Source: Candidatus Geocrenenecus huangii (GTDB taxonomy: Archaea > Thermoproteota > Nitrososphaeria_A > Caldarchaeales > Wolframiiraptoraceae). Taken from it: 41,125 nt of DNA. The DNA is taken from positions 1 to 41,125 of the forward strand of contig JALNLM010000013.1 in the NCBI GenBank assembly GCA_023254095.1, read 5' to 3'. Under the pieces are notes generated by a model. The model ran no database searches, was not told the DNA's origin, and saw nothing but the letters and a program-made list of their open reading frames with translations. The position numbers and the translations under genes are program-made. Position 1 is the stretch's first letter, and the number at the start of each line of letters is the position of its first letter. Below are positions 29,443 to 38,373 of the stretch, in pieces.

Positions 29443-30769
29443 ATGTGATCTCTCCCCAAAGAAGATAGGTTTAAAATTAACCTCAAATAATCCTGAGTCA
29501 TCTAAGATAAAGTGTCAGGACCGTCTCATCCATGAACTTCTCAAATCAGATCCTGACCGAACCTGGATCTTCTTGTCAACTCATGGAATGTGGTTAGAAA
29601 AAGTTAAAGATAAAGAAGTAGGCTTGTTGATAGATTGCTTAACTGGGATTAGGAGGTTGGTCATTAATCATGAAAACTATGAATTAATCTTCGCTATCCT
29701 ATCTATACCTATGTTTGATATGCATGTCGAAGAGGTTTCATATACAAAGAATACAAAGGAAAAAGTAGAGAAGACTGAACAACAGTCGACTATTACCTCT
29801 AGAGGTATTCACAGCAAGGTTAGAAGAGGTGAGATACTCAACACGGATATCGCTAGTGGAAAGCCGCTGGAGGTTACACCTCTGACCTTTCATGCGGCGA
29901 CATGTGGGTATCATAGGCTTGGATATTCCCTTAGACTTGCTGCTCTTCAAAGTGCTCTTTCACGGGAGGTTGCATGTTTCTTTTTTGAAATAAAACCTCC
30001 CCATAAAACATACGCTAGTATGTATGGTCTGAGCTCAGAATCTGAAGCTGCTGGAGCATTAGCATCTTATACTTCAGCCTTAATTAGATATTACAGTGAG
30101 ATAAATCTTGAAGCAGTAGACGCTGAGATGACTACATCTATAATCAAGGTTAGAGGTGTTTGCAAAGAGAACATCGTTAAATCTTCAAGAAAACTACTAT
30201 ATTATATGTCAGAGAATCCCCACGGCATAGAAGCAAGATTTGATAAAGATTCTAGAGACCTCTTATTACGTCTCCCAGATGAAGAAGCAGATAGAGCTCT
30301 TCAAGATATTCAAAAAGAGTTAAAACCTTTTAGAAGATTGGTTTATGTGGAAAAGCTGAAGAAAAAATTTGAAGAGTGGCAGAAAGAAGATATTGAGAAT
30401 ATTCTCCTCGATTTTTCTGAGCAGATGAATACATGTGATTTATATCTACTCTCTCTACTCGTTAAAACCTATTTTCCTGAATCTAAACTAAATTCCACAT
30501 GGATAATATGCACCCCTCTAACATATCCGATGGCCTCTATAACATCCGCATACGCAACCTGGCTCTCGAATCTTGGTAAGATTAGAATCGTGATGTCGAG
30601 TGAAGATGTGTTGGTAGCTAAAACCTTAGCCGAGAGTATCTCCGAGGAGATAAAGAAGAGTAAAGTTCTCTACTTAGCAGCAGGTCCAACTTCCCATGTA
30701 CTTAGCTTTGGAAAGACTTTGAAAAGTAGGCTAGGAGATAATATGATTTGTGAAGCATTAACACCCTAA
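29396..30769 (+). CDS. Putative caspase-like (CHAT) protease catalytic domain + C-terminal CARF-like domain
   Basis: Motifs in CHAT order: WIFLSTHG (H63), GLLID, VRRGEIL, LTFHAATCG (C170), SLRLAALQSA, YASMYGL. C-terminal Rossmann-like STWIICTPLT and KVLYLAAGPT. Confidence 0.6.
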   Translation: MSGASRRLNSNCSRYECDLSPKKIGLKLTSNNPESSKIKCQDRLIHELLKSDPDRTWIFLSTHGMWLEKVKDKEVGLLIDCLTGIRRLVINHENYELIFAILSIPMFDMHVEEVSYTKNTKEKVEKTEQQSTITSRGIHSKVRRGEILNTDIASGKPLEVTPLTFHAATCGYHRLGYSLRLAALQSALSREVACFFFEIKPPHKTYASMYGLSSESEAAGALASYTSALIRYYSEINLEAVDAEMTTSIIKVRGVCKENIVKSSRKLLYYMSENPHGIEARFDKDSRDLLLRLPDEEADRALQDIQKELKPFRRLVYVEKLKKKFEEWQKEDIENILLDFSEQMNTCDLYLLSLLVKTYFPESKLNSTWIICTPLTYPMASITSAYATWLSNLGKIRIVMSSEDVLVAKTLAESISEEIKKSKVLYLAAGPTSHVLSFGKTLKSRLGDNMICEALTP

Positions 30770-30797
30770 ACAGGATGAAGATGATGTGGTAAAGATT

Positions 30798-31334
30798 TTA
30801 CGGATCAGCATCTAATACTCGTGTTTCAAGTGTTGCGACATCATTGATACGATTAACTTTGAAGAGAATAGAGATTACTTTACTTAGAACTTCTTTATCA
30901 GTATAGATTTGGAGCGGGTCTTTAATGCTAACTACGTACTCTTTATCATCTAATAAATCTAATAACCATAACTCACTATACGTAATCAAATCGAAGAGTA
31001 GTTCTTCCAATACTTTCTGAATCTTCTCTGCCGGTCGTACGATGGCAAATATGAATGTTGGTAGCTCGAAGGGGGAGCCTAGGTTACATATTATAGTGAT
31101 ATCATTGCAATCTTTAACCATTTCAACTAATCTTCTTTCATTGAAAAGTTTCATTACATTTTCCAAAAACTCATCTTCATTTTCCAGATCATGTATAAAG
31201 TGGATCTCGTGGGTACCACTACTGGACTTCCCAAAATATATAGAATTTGGTTCACTTAGTTCAGCCTTCGTTTTTAATTCTTCTAAAAGCTTTTCATGGA
31301 ATTTACAATTTATCTTTTCAGATAACCAGATCAA
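30798..31334 (-). CDS. Hypothetical protein, last gene of extended cmr operon
   Basis: 178-aa ORF starting 3 nt after the preceding stop; no recognised motif. Confidence 0.65.
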   Translation of the reverse strand: MIWLSEKINCKFHEKLLEELKTKAELSEPNSIYFGKSSSGTHEIHFIHDLENEDEFLENVMKLFNERRLVEMVKDCNDITIICNLGSPFELPTFIFAIVRPAEKIQKVLEELLFDLITYSELWLLDLLDDKEYVVSIKDPLQIYTDKEVLSKVISILFKVNRINDVATLETRVLDADP

Positions 31335-31337
31335 CTA

Positions 31338-32075
31338 TTAAGTCACCTCAATACGTGGAGAATTTACATCCACATAAAATACTATCTTAGGTCTACCCTC
31401 ATCATCTAAAAATTCAGAACTACATCTAATACTGTGCCTAATTTGCGCTAATTTATTATTTAATTTATACTCTAATTCTTCCGCCCACATTTTTATCTTT
31501 TTTCTTACCTCTTGAGGATTTTCTATCTCACTAATTTCTATAATTATATGGACGATACACTTTTTCTTTACTAGGTAATTGTAATCTCTGTCTAAGAGAT
31601 TTTTCTTTACTTTAGAGATAAGTTTTGATGATAAGAAACATTCTAATTTAGTAGCTATCTCATCAATATCATTTTTAATTATGTCCTCTACAGTTAGATG
31701 CTTCTTTGATTTAAACTTTTTGCATTCTACTCCTATTAAGACCTCGTCGTTACTGTCATGTTTTAACAGGACTATTCTGTCAACCAGTTTAATGCTGTCT
31801 TTATTAGTTTTGTTTTCACTGGCTATCTCTTTTATAAGGTTTGAAAACTTTGGAACCCCGACGGAGGACAAATCTACAAAGACTAGTTCTTTCAACCGAA
31901 GTCCAGAGTTTTCTACGTACTTATTTACAACTTTTAGATAACAAGCACATTCATCAATTAATTTATCAATTTTCTTATTTTTACAATTTAGATGATCACT
32001 CTCAAGTTTTTGAACCCATTCACGTACAAGTCTTTTATCCCATTCTATGCAATCCGCCATGTAATCACCAGGCAT
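31338..32075 (-). CDS. Putative PD-(D/E)XK nuclease-fold protein
   Basis: KE...VDRIVLL...VLIGVECKKF motif; TAATG coupling to the upstream ATPase. Confidence 0.6.
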   Translation of the reverse strand: MPGDYMADCIEWDKRLVREWVQKLESDHLNCKNKKIDKLIDECACYLKVVNKYVENSGLRLKELVFVDLSSVGVPKFSNLIKEIASENKTNKDSIKLVDRIVLLKHDSNDEVLIGVECKKFKSKKHLTVEDIIKNDIDEIATKLECFLSSKLISKVKKNLLDRDYNYLVKKKCIVHIIIEISEIENPQEVRKKIKMWAEELEYKLNNKLAQIRHSIRCSSEFLDDEGRPKIVFYVDVNSPRIEVT

Positions 32076-33295
32076 TATAAGATATTTTTCACTAGATCTA
32101 TATCAATCATTGATCTGAGTGTGGTTCTAGCATCAGGGGTTAAGATAAGTCTCCCTTCATTACCAAACTTAAGATTAATTATCTCAACTTTTCCATCCTC
32201 TTTATAGATATAATAGAAGTTGATGTCTTTTGGATTCACTTCTCTTTTTATAATTTTGGATCTGAATGCATGGAGCGGTATTGGGCTATGAGTGGATAAA
32301 ATCAGAATAGAATTTTTCCCTTCAAGCTCTTTTAACATAGAACTTAACAGCTTGTTAAAGTTTATAACATGTATTCCTATCTCAGGTTCTTCTATTATAA
32401 GAGCCTGATTGTTTTCTACGATAATTGACCCCAAGAGAAGTAGAATTGTATTGCGCTCACCACAGCTTAGAACTCTAATATCTTTTCCATCGATTCTTAT
32501 GGAAGAGTCTTCAAAGGTTTCCTGAAGATCCACTTCAATAGATGGTTGCTTACTAATAATCTCTAGACTCCTCAGACAGCCTTCCAGCTCAGTTAATACC
32601 TTTTCCTCCCTCACTCTTTGTACTACTAAGTTGAACAATAAATCTAGTAGATTCTCTCCCATTGACGATAGCCTTGATGAAGTAATAGATCTAAACTCTC
32701 CAAATTTTATTTCACTTGGAGCAGTTCTATGGTGGGAGATGTAAATGAAGTCAGACTTTAATAAACCCTCAAGATACTTTTTTATGTTTGGTTGTTTTTC
32801 TGCATTTTCAATAACATCTTTAATAAACTTCTTCTCTTCTCTTCCATATCTATCTTCTATAAATCTCTTACCCTCTAGAACTATTTCCCTGATTTCTTTA
32901 GTTATTTCACTTATTTTATCAACAGTTAAATCGTTTATCTCTGCTATCGGGACTTCTCTACCAGTACTTGATAACTTGGCTTGAAAAAGTTGGCTATCTT
33001 TATTGTATGTGATCGTGAATAGGTAATCTAAGTCTTGTACTCCTATTGACATATATTTTTCAGATAGATTTACTAAATCGTTAAACCTGATTCCTTGGAG
33101 GTGTTTAAGAGAGCTACTGGATATCTTATCTCCCTCAAGCTTTAACCTTCCATTCAATATATCGATGAATATTGCGAGTGATTCAAGTATAGAGCTTTTC
33201 CCAGCACCCATCGGTCCCCAGAGAACGTTAACCTTGTTTATATCCATCTTGACTTCTTCTTTAAGGCATTTGTAACCTTTTACAGTTAAAATCAT
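32075..33295 (-). CDS. ABC-type (AAA_15/AAA_21, AbiEii/OLD-like) ATPase
   Basis: KGYKCL, Walker A WGPMGAGKSS, signature LSCGER, Walker B IIEEPEIGIH, H-loop STHSP; no TM segments. Confidence 0.9.
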   Translation of the reverse strand: MILTVKGYKCLKEEVKMDINKVNVLWGPMGAGKSSILESLAIFIDILNGRLKLEGDKISSSSLKHLQGIRFNDLVNLSEKYMSIGVQDLDYLFTITYNKDSQLFQAKLSSTGREVPIAEINDLTVDKISEITKEIREIVLEGKRFIEDRYGREEKKFIKDVIENAEKQPNIKKYLEGLLKSDFIYISHHRTAPSEIKFGEFRSITSSRLSSMGENLLDLLFNLVVQRVREEKVLTELEGCLRSLEIISKQPSIEVDLQETFEDSSIRIDGKDIRVLSCGERNTILLLLGSIIVENNQALIIEEPEIGIHVINFNKLLSSMLKELEGKNSILILSTHSPIPLHAFRSKIIKREVNPKDINFYYIYKEDGKVEIINLKFGNEGRLILTPDARTTLRSMIDIDLVKNIL

Positions 33296-33300
33296 CTGTC

Positions 33301-34377
33301 CTAATACCCCCTATAGTGGGGTATTGCGGTTGAGAGAAGCTTCAGATACCATTCACCGACATTGTGTAATGTCTTCTCATTCTTGATCTTCAAGAGTGAC
33401 CCTGGAATCAGTGCTGGAACATGCTTCTTAAATCTCTTCTCTCTGATAAGCCATCCCCCGATCAATTCTATTTTCCCCAAGACCCATTCAACTTCTCCGA
33501 GTCCCAAAGCGTAAATCTTTCCATCGGCTTTACTTAAGGCAATATGTGAAACTGCTAAGAGCGTCTTCTCAGCTTTAGGTTCATGCTTAAGTTGGAAGGC
33601 CTTTACCAATGGAACGTCACCCTTCTTAACAGTAGCTTTAGCAACTCCTCCCTCACCTCCAAACCTTAACTTCACGTCTCCAAATCCTCTGACATCTATT
33701 TTCCTGAAGAGATCTCCAGGCAATCTGACGTCGCATCCAAAAGCTATCTTGGATGCTATCCCGTACCTATTGCTGTCAAGAGTATAAGATTCTATCATAC
33801 TTCTTAAGTAGAGCGTCCCATGCTGAACTACTTTCTTATCTCTATTCATCTCAAAACTAGTTCTCTCACTTGCTACTTCTTTAAGGACTGCAATTGAATC
33901 AGGATTAACGTTCCACCCGAGCTCAGCATCTTTGAATTCTATTTCAGCAAGTAGGAGCCCTTCGGGTTTAGCACCCCTCCTACCAAATCTAGTTATCCTC
34001 GGGAGAGGTAATCCGTCGCTTCTTTCATACATTAGTTTAGGCTTTTTCTCTCCAGCCTCTCCAAATTCTAGGATTATTCCATGAACTTTATCGAACGGGG
34101 CTGGGACAAAATACCTGAAGTTTCCTTCGAATTGGGCTACCAAATAAGGTCCCCTGACCTGTATATCCTCTCTTTCGACAAGCTCTTCGATATCTTGAAA
34201 TGTGAGTTGACAGATCTCACTGATTACTCTTAGAGAGGCGCCTCCCAAAGCATAAGATGAGGGGAAGATTGCGCTTTTAACATACTCAGAGGGTGACAAT
34301 TCTTGTCGCGGTCCGAAGAATATCGGCGTCAAGGGCTCAAAATGTATAGATAGATACGCCTCACCCATAAAGCTCAC
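33301..34377 (-). CDS. cmr3: Type III-B CRISPR module protein Cmr3
   Basis: FEPLTPIFFG, FPS, VRGPY, GTLY, RFGGEGG, IGGW, ALIPGS; follows cas10. Confidence 0.88.
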   Translation of the reverse strand: MSFMGEAYLSIHFEPLTPIFFGPRQELSPSEYVKSAIFPSSYALGGASLRVISEICQLTFQDIEELVEREDIQVRGPYLVAQFEGNFRYFVPAPFDKVHGIILEFGEAGEKKPKLMYERSDGLPLPRITRFGRRGAKPEGLLLAEIEFKDAELGWNVNPDSIAVLKEVASERTSFEMNRDKKVVQHGTLYLRSMIESYTLDSNRYGIASKIAFGCDVRLPGDLFRKIDVRGFGDVKLRFGGEGGVAKATVKKGDVPLVKAFQLKHEPKAEKTLLAVSHIALSKADGKIYALGLGEVEWVLGKIELIGGWLIREKRFKKHVPALIPGSLLKIKNEKTLHNVGEWYLKLLSTAIPHYRGY

Positions 34378-37300
34378 CTAATGCGATTGGGCTGGATTCT
34401 CTTATTGCACCAACCTGGCATAAAGCTGCTTTAAGCAGCTCGGCGAGAAGGTTAGTCTGCCCTCTCGGTGTTAAGAATTTTCTATCAAAAAATTGTTCAA
34501 GCTCACGTATCAAACCTTCATCTACACCCCCCCTCACAGCTTTAGACCTGAAGAGCTTTAGGTCTTCATACTCTTCTAAACGCTCAAATCTTAAAATCTT
34601 CTCACTAAAGCCGTCAACGAACTTGTATCCACCATCTCCCGCTACAAGTCCCTTGTTCTGGCTCTGCAATACAGCTGAAAAAGCTAGAAGTGTTAGAAGT
34701 TCAACTAGCTTATCAACCTCTATAAGTTTGAACTGGATGTAAGCTTTAGAGCCGCCTACCCTATAGGAGATGACTAGAGAATCTTTTTTCCCAGCTATAG
34801 ATTCTACCTTTTTTGCCTCCTCAACTAGTACACTGACTTCTTCTACTGTTTTCCTTAATGGGAAGAATGCGTCGAAGAATATTATTCCAAAGCTCTGTGA
34901 GGCTTTAGAACCCAAACCAGGGATCAGGTACTTAACGTTATCCAGTACACGATCTTCTAGTTCTATAAATGTTCTTGAGAATTCTTTCCTTAACCTGCCA
35001 ATTATCATCAATGCATTCTCTGGTGGAAGCATCGCTAGTATGTCATCGCCGCCTGAGTATATGAGCAATCCACCATTCTCTTGAATATGCTTAGAAGATT
35101 GTATTGAGTTAACGTTGAGTGCTCTGCTGACAGTATATGTATAACTAATTCCAGGCAACCAGGGTAGTTTGCTTATACTCCTACTTATATCCTTAAGCTT
35201 CTTAACCTCTTCCTTATCCAAATTCTTATCGCTAAGCCCTGTGAAGAACTCTAATAATCTTCTTGGAATGATTTCAAAGATCTCTCTCTCATATGCTCCA
35301 CGGCCTGACAATATATCTGACATGGAGTCTCCATCCCCTTTCACCATTGCGAGATAGTCGGAACACCATTTGACGATCGCGCGGACGGAGCCTTTCTTCA
35401 TCTCCTTAAGGAGATTGATTAGTACAGAGGAATTCCATACTTGAAGTCTCTCTCTTAAATTCTTAATGCTTTTATCTAGATACTCTTTCAAATCCTTTAT
35501 GTTGGCTAAAACATCCTGAGCTGATCTAAACTGAGCTGATGAAGATGGAATTCTTAGGTAATGTTCTTCATAAAGCGACGGGAGAAACATTTTAAAAGCT
35601 TGAAAAGCATTCTCAAAGTCTTCGTATTCGTCAATACGACAAATTGGCAATTCTCCGAAAAGTGCATTATATTTCTTTATAATAAGATTACACCCTTTCC
35701 AGAATATTTCTTTAGCGGTTTCATTCTTGACGAGTGGTGAAGTCGTAATCGCTGCTAAGGTAGAGGCAAACGCTGAGCCGGCTATCTCTTCCGTCGATGG
35801 ATAATGTTTACGTTTTTCTATGCTTTTTCCTCTACGTTTATTAACTAGTTCCATTAAAACATCGTCGACCACCGAGTATAAGCTTCTCTTAACAAGACAG
35901 TGTAGACATAACCTTTCTCCATCTTTTATCCAGATACCTTCTTTATGAAATTTTTTAATCGTCTCATATAAATCTTCTAACAAATTCTTATTATCTCTAA
36001 CCTCATCCGCCTTAATTGCTTCTATAATGGGCTCTCGCCTCCAACACATGTTACAGAGCCGTCTACGTTCTCGCACATCTACCCATTTAAGATCTGTGAC
36101 CGACTTAGTAATTGAATAAGTGTAGTGGAAGGATGTTAAGGCTTTTACAAAGACCCCCCACTCATAAAGAGAGAATTCTTCAGACTCAGGGTCCCCCTCC
36201 TTCTCTGACATAGCCTCTGAAGACTTCTTCTCCGATATCTTTTGTAGTTTTTCTAGAACCCCTCTTAGGTATACTGCTTGCTCTACTTCTTTATGTTCTA
36301 TAAGATTTCTAGCTCCAAGCTCTCTAAGTAGGTTAAGTCTCTCAACTTTATTCCAAGGTATCCGAATATATGCTATATTTACGTTATATGGCATCTCTTC
36401 AGCATTTTCCTCCCATATATCCATATCTCCATACACTTTCACGTAATTGGATCCTTGGATTTTTTCCTTTACGTCACTTAATTTTCTCATAACTATACTC
36501 GCTACTTTCTTCCAGGCTTCCCGATACCAGTCTGAGATATTTGAAGAGAAGTGATTAACCTTGCTGCCTGGAAGGATTACCATTACCGCTCCGGGTATGA
36601 CTGGTAATGTGAGCTCATCATCTTCAATAGATACATTAATGTTTTTTGATGCTAAGTAGGCATCGTATAAGGGGGTAGCGTGCAGTAGAGGTCGTATGAT
36701 AGAACAAGGACCTAGTTCATCGGCTAATTTTACTAGAACGTAGAATGTGAGTATAGAGATGAGATAACTTCCAGACCAAAGATCTCTTGGAAGCTTTGAA
36801 ATAGATATGAATTCTTGCTTATTCTCGACCTCCCAGTAAAGTAAGCCTATTTCAGTTTCTCCTTCTAACCATGATGTGAGCAGTGACGATGTTGCGTAGA
36901 GATGGTCGAATATCGTCGAGCTTGGAGATCGTGTATCGGCTGGAAGCAATGTAGCCCATGAAGCATCAAGGCCGAATGCTTCTCTCAAGGAGCATACGAA
37001 TGAGGCTGGTAAGACTCTCCAGAGAGCATGATACTCATAACCTTTCTCAGCCTTAATCATCACTTTTGAGATTAGTTCGATGAATTTTTCAACAGCCTTC
37101 TTGAACTCCTCTCTCCTTAAATGTCCACTTTCATCGTAGAGAAGTCTTCTTACCTCTCTCGTAAGGTCATGTTCTGAAAGATCTCCAGGATGCTTGAAGA
37201 TGATCTTATTAACAAATGTTCCACCTTCCTCTTTAGAAGGAGAGAAGACGTATGTGATGGAGCGGTCGATAGAACTTGATGCAACATCACATTTTTTAAT

Positions 37301-37588
37301 AATAGGTCTTCCAATATTTTTAACTGAATATATTTTCGCCGCTAAATCATCTTTACCCTCCTCCTGCAATTTCTTTGCAACCTCCTCAATTATGTACAGA
37401 GCGAGTCTTTCGTGAATATCTACAGCCCCCTCCTCCTCGTATCTCTTCATTCTATCTCTACCGATTACGTATTCTAGTAGTTCATATACATCGCTACCCT
37501 TCTCAGCTGAGAAGAGCAATGGTTTGAAAGGCGGGTCATGTAATAGAGCAATGATCTTCAGCGCAGAGAGATCAAGTGAAATACTCAT
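34361..37588 (-). CDS. cas10: Type III-B Cas10/Cmr2 with HD nuclease motif and intact cyclase Palm
   Basis: LLHDPPFK, LPADTR.P...IFDH, QEFIS.S...RDLWSGSY, Zn ligands CNMC/CLHC, GDGD.M, YSGGDD. Confidence 0.95.
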   Translation of the reverse strand: MSISLDLSALKIIALLHDPPFKPLLFSAEKGSDVYELLEYVIGRDRMKRYEEEGAVDIHERLALYIIEEVAKKLQEEGKDDLAAKIYSVKNIGRPIIKKCDVASSSIDRSITYVFSPSKEEGGTFVNKIIFKHPGDLSEHDLTREVRRLLYDESGHLRREEFKKAVEKFIELISKVMIKAEKGYEYHALWRVLPASFVCSLREAFGLDASWATLLPADTRSPSSTIFDHLYATSSLLTSWLEGETEIGLLYWEVENKQEFISISKLPRDLWSGSYLISILTFYVLVKLADELGPCSIIRPLLHATPLYDAYLASKNINVSIEDDELTLPVIPGAVMVILPGSKVNHFSSNISDWYREAWKKVASIVMRKLSDVKEKIQGSNYVKVYGDMDIWEENAEEMPYNVNIAYIRIPWNKVERLNLLRELGARNLIEHKEVEQAVYLRGVLEKLQKISEKKSSEAMSEKEGDPESEEFSLYEWGVFVKALTSFHYTYSITKSVTDLKWVDVRERRRLCNMCWRREPIIEAIKADEVRDNKNLLEDLYETIKKFHKEGIWIKDGERLCLHCLVKRSLYSVVDDVLMELVNKRRGKSIEKRKHYPSTEEIAGSAFASTLAAITTSPLVKNETAKEIFWKGCNLIIKKYNALFGELPICRIDEYEDFENAFQAFKMFLPSLYEEHYLRIPSSSAQFRSAQDVLANIKDLKEYLDKSIKNLRERLQVWNSSVLINLLKEMKKGSVRAIVKWCSDYLAMVKGDGDSMSDILSGRGAYEREIFEIIPRRLLEFFTGLSDKNLDKEEVKKLKDISRSISKLPWLPGISYTYTVSRALNVNSIQSSKHIQENGGLLIYSGGDDILAMLPPENALMIIGRLRKEFSRTFIELEDRVLDNVKYLIPGLGSKASQSFGIIFFDAFFPLRKTVEEVSVLVEEAKKVESIAGKKDSLVISYRVGGSKAYIQFKLIEVDKLVELLTLLAFSAVLQSQNKGLVAGDGGYKFVDGFSEKILRFERLEEYEDLKLFRSKAVRGGVDEGLIRELEQFFDRKFLTPRGQTNLLAELLKAALCQVGAIRESSPIALGELYG

Positions 37589-38373
37589 CTACCCACCTCC
37601 AACTCTCCATATCCTAGCATCGTTTTTGCGCCAACACCCTCCCATATCACAGTCTTGACGTAACCTTTCATTTTATCGAAATACTTAACCGCCTCTTTCT
37701 TTGCAGCGACAAAGAAGGTAAACTCTACACCTCTTGCAACGGCCGGATAGATTATCGGCGTAGGTTTTGCTTTATGTTCTTTAATACTCTCTTGATATAT
37801 TGATGTAGTGACTTCTGGTTCAAGTATTCTTCCCTTTTCCCCTTCTTTACTTGGATACCCGTCTGTGAAGACTACCGATGAAGCTTGTCCTAAATTCCCG
37901 AGAAGTTCATCTATTGAGTTTAAAGACAGCTCGCTTGGAGGGATGCTCTCAAGATAACTTCTAACTACACCTTTCAAACTTGATGCTGGAATATATGGAA
38001 TGCCGAAAATTGGATGAAGTATTGTTCCATATTCGAAGAGTAAAGCAGAAGTATCATTTCTAGAATGAATTATAAGACGGGATACTGCGCGTGCTTTAAC
38101 CCTGAAGACGGCTCCGCCTAACCTCTGCTCATAGTGTTGCTTAAGTCCCTCCTCCAATGAATCTAGGAATCTATTTATGAAAAAAGATGACTGAGAATAC
38201 TTTTCATTCACTATTTCAATAAGCTTCTTTAAAAGCTCTCTTTTAACATCTTTAGCTTTAATTAACTTGAATACGCCCAGTCTACATAATGTTACAGGGT
38301 CTTTACAATATTTATCTAATAACTCATTAAATTCATCGAGTTTATAACCGAATATGTTTATAGAATCTACCAA
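37585..38373 (-). CDS. cmr6: Type III-B RAMP protein Cmr6
   Basis: HPIFGIPYIPASSLKGVVR, VFTDGYP, P.PI.YP, GVGAKT..GYG. Confidence 0.93.
   Translation of the reverse strand: MVDSINIFGYKLDEFNELLDKYCKDPVTLCRLGVFKLIKAKDVKRELLKKLIEIVNEKYSQSSFFINRFLDSLEEGLKQHYEQRLGGAVFRVKARAVSRLIIHSRNDTSALLFEYGTILHPIFGIPYIPASSLKGVVRSYLESIPPSELSLNSIDELLGNLGQASSVVFTDGYPSKEGEKGRILEPEVTTSIYQESIKEHKAKPTPIIYPAVARGVEFTFFVAAKKEAVKYFDKMKGYVKTVIWEGVGAKTMLGYGELEVGR

Noticed and set aside
28309-30769. Calling the two unknown ORFs Csx1/Csm6
   Set aside because: No N-terminal CARF plus C-terminal HEPN RxxxxH arrangement; the CARF-like parts are C-terminal.
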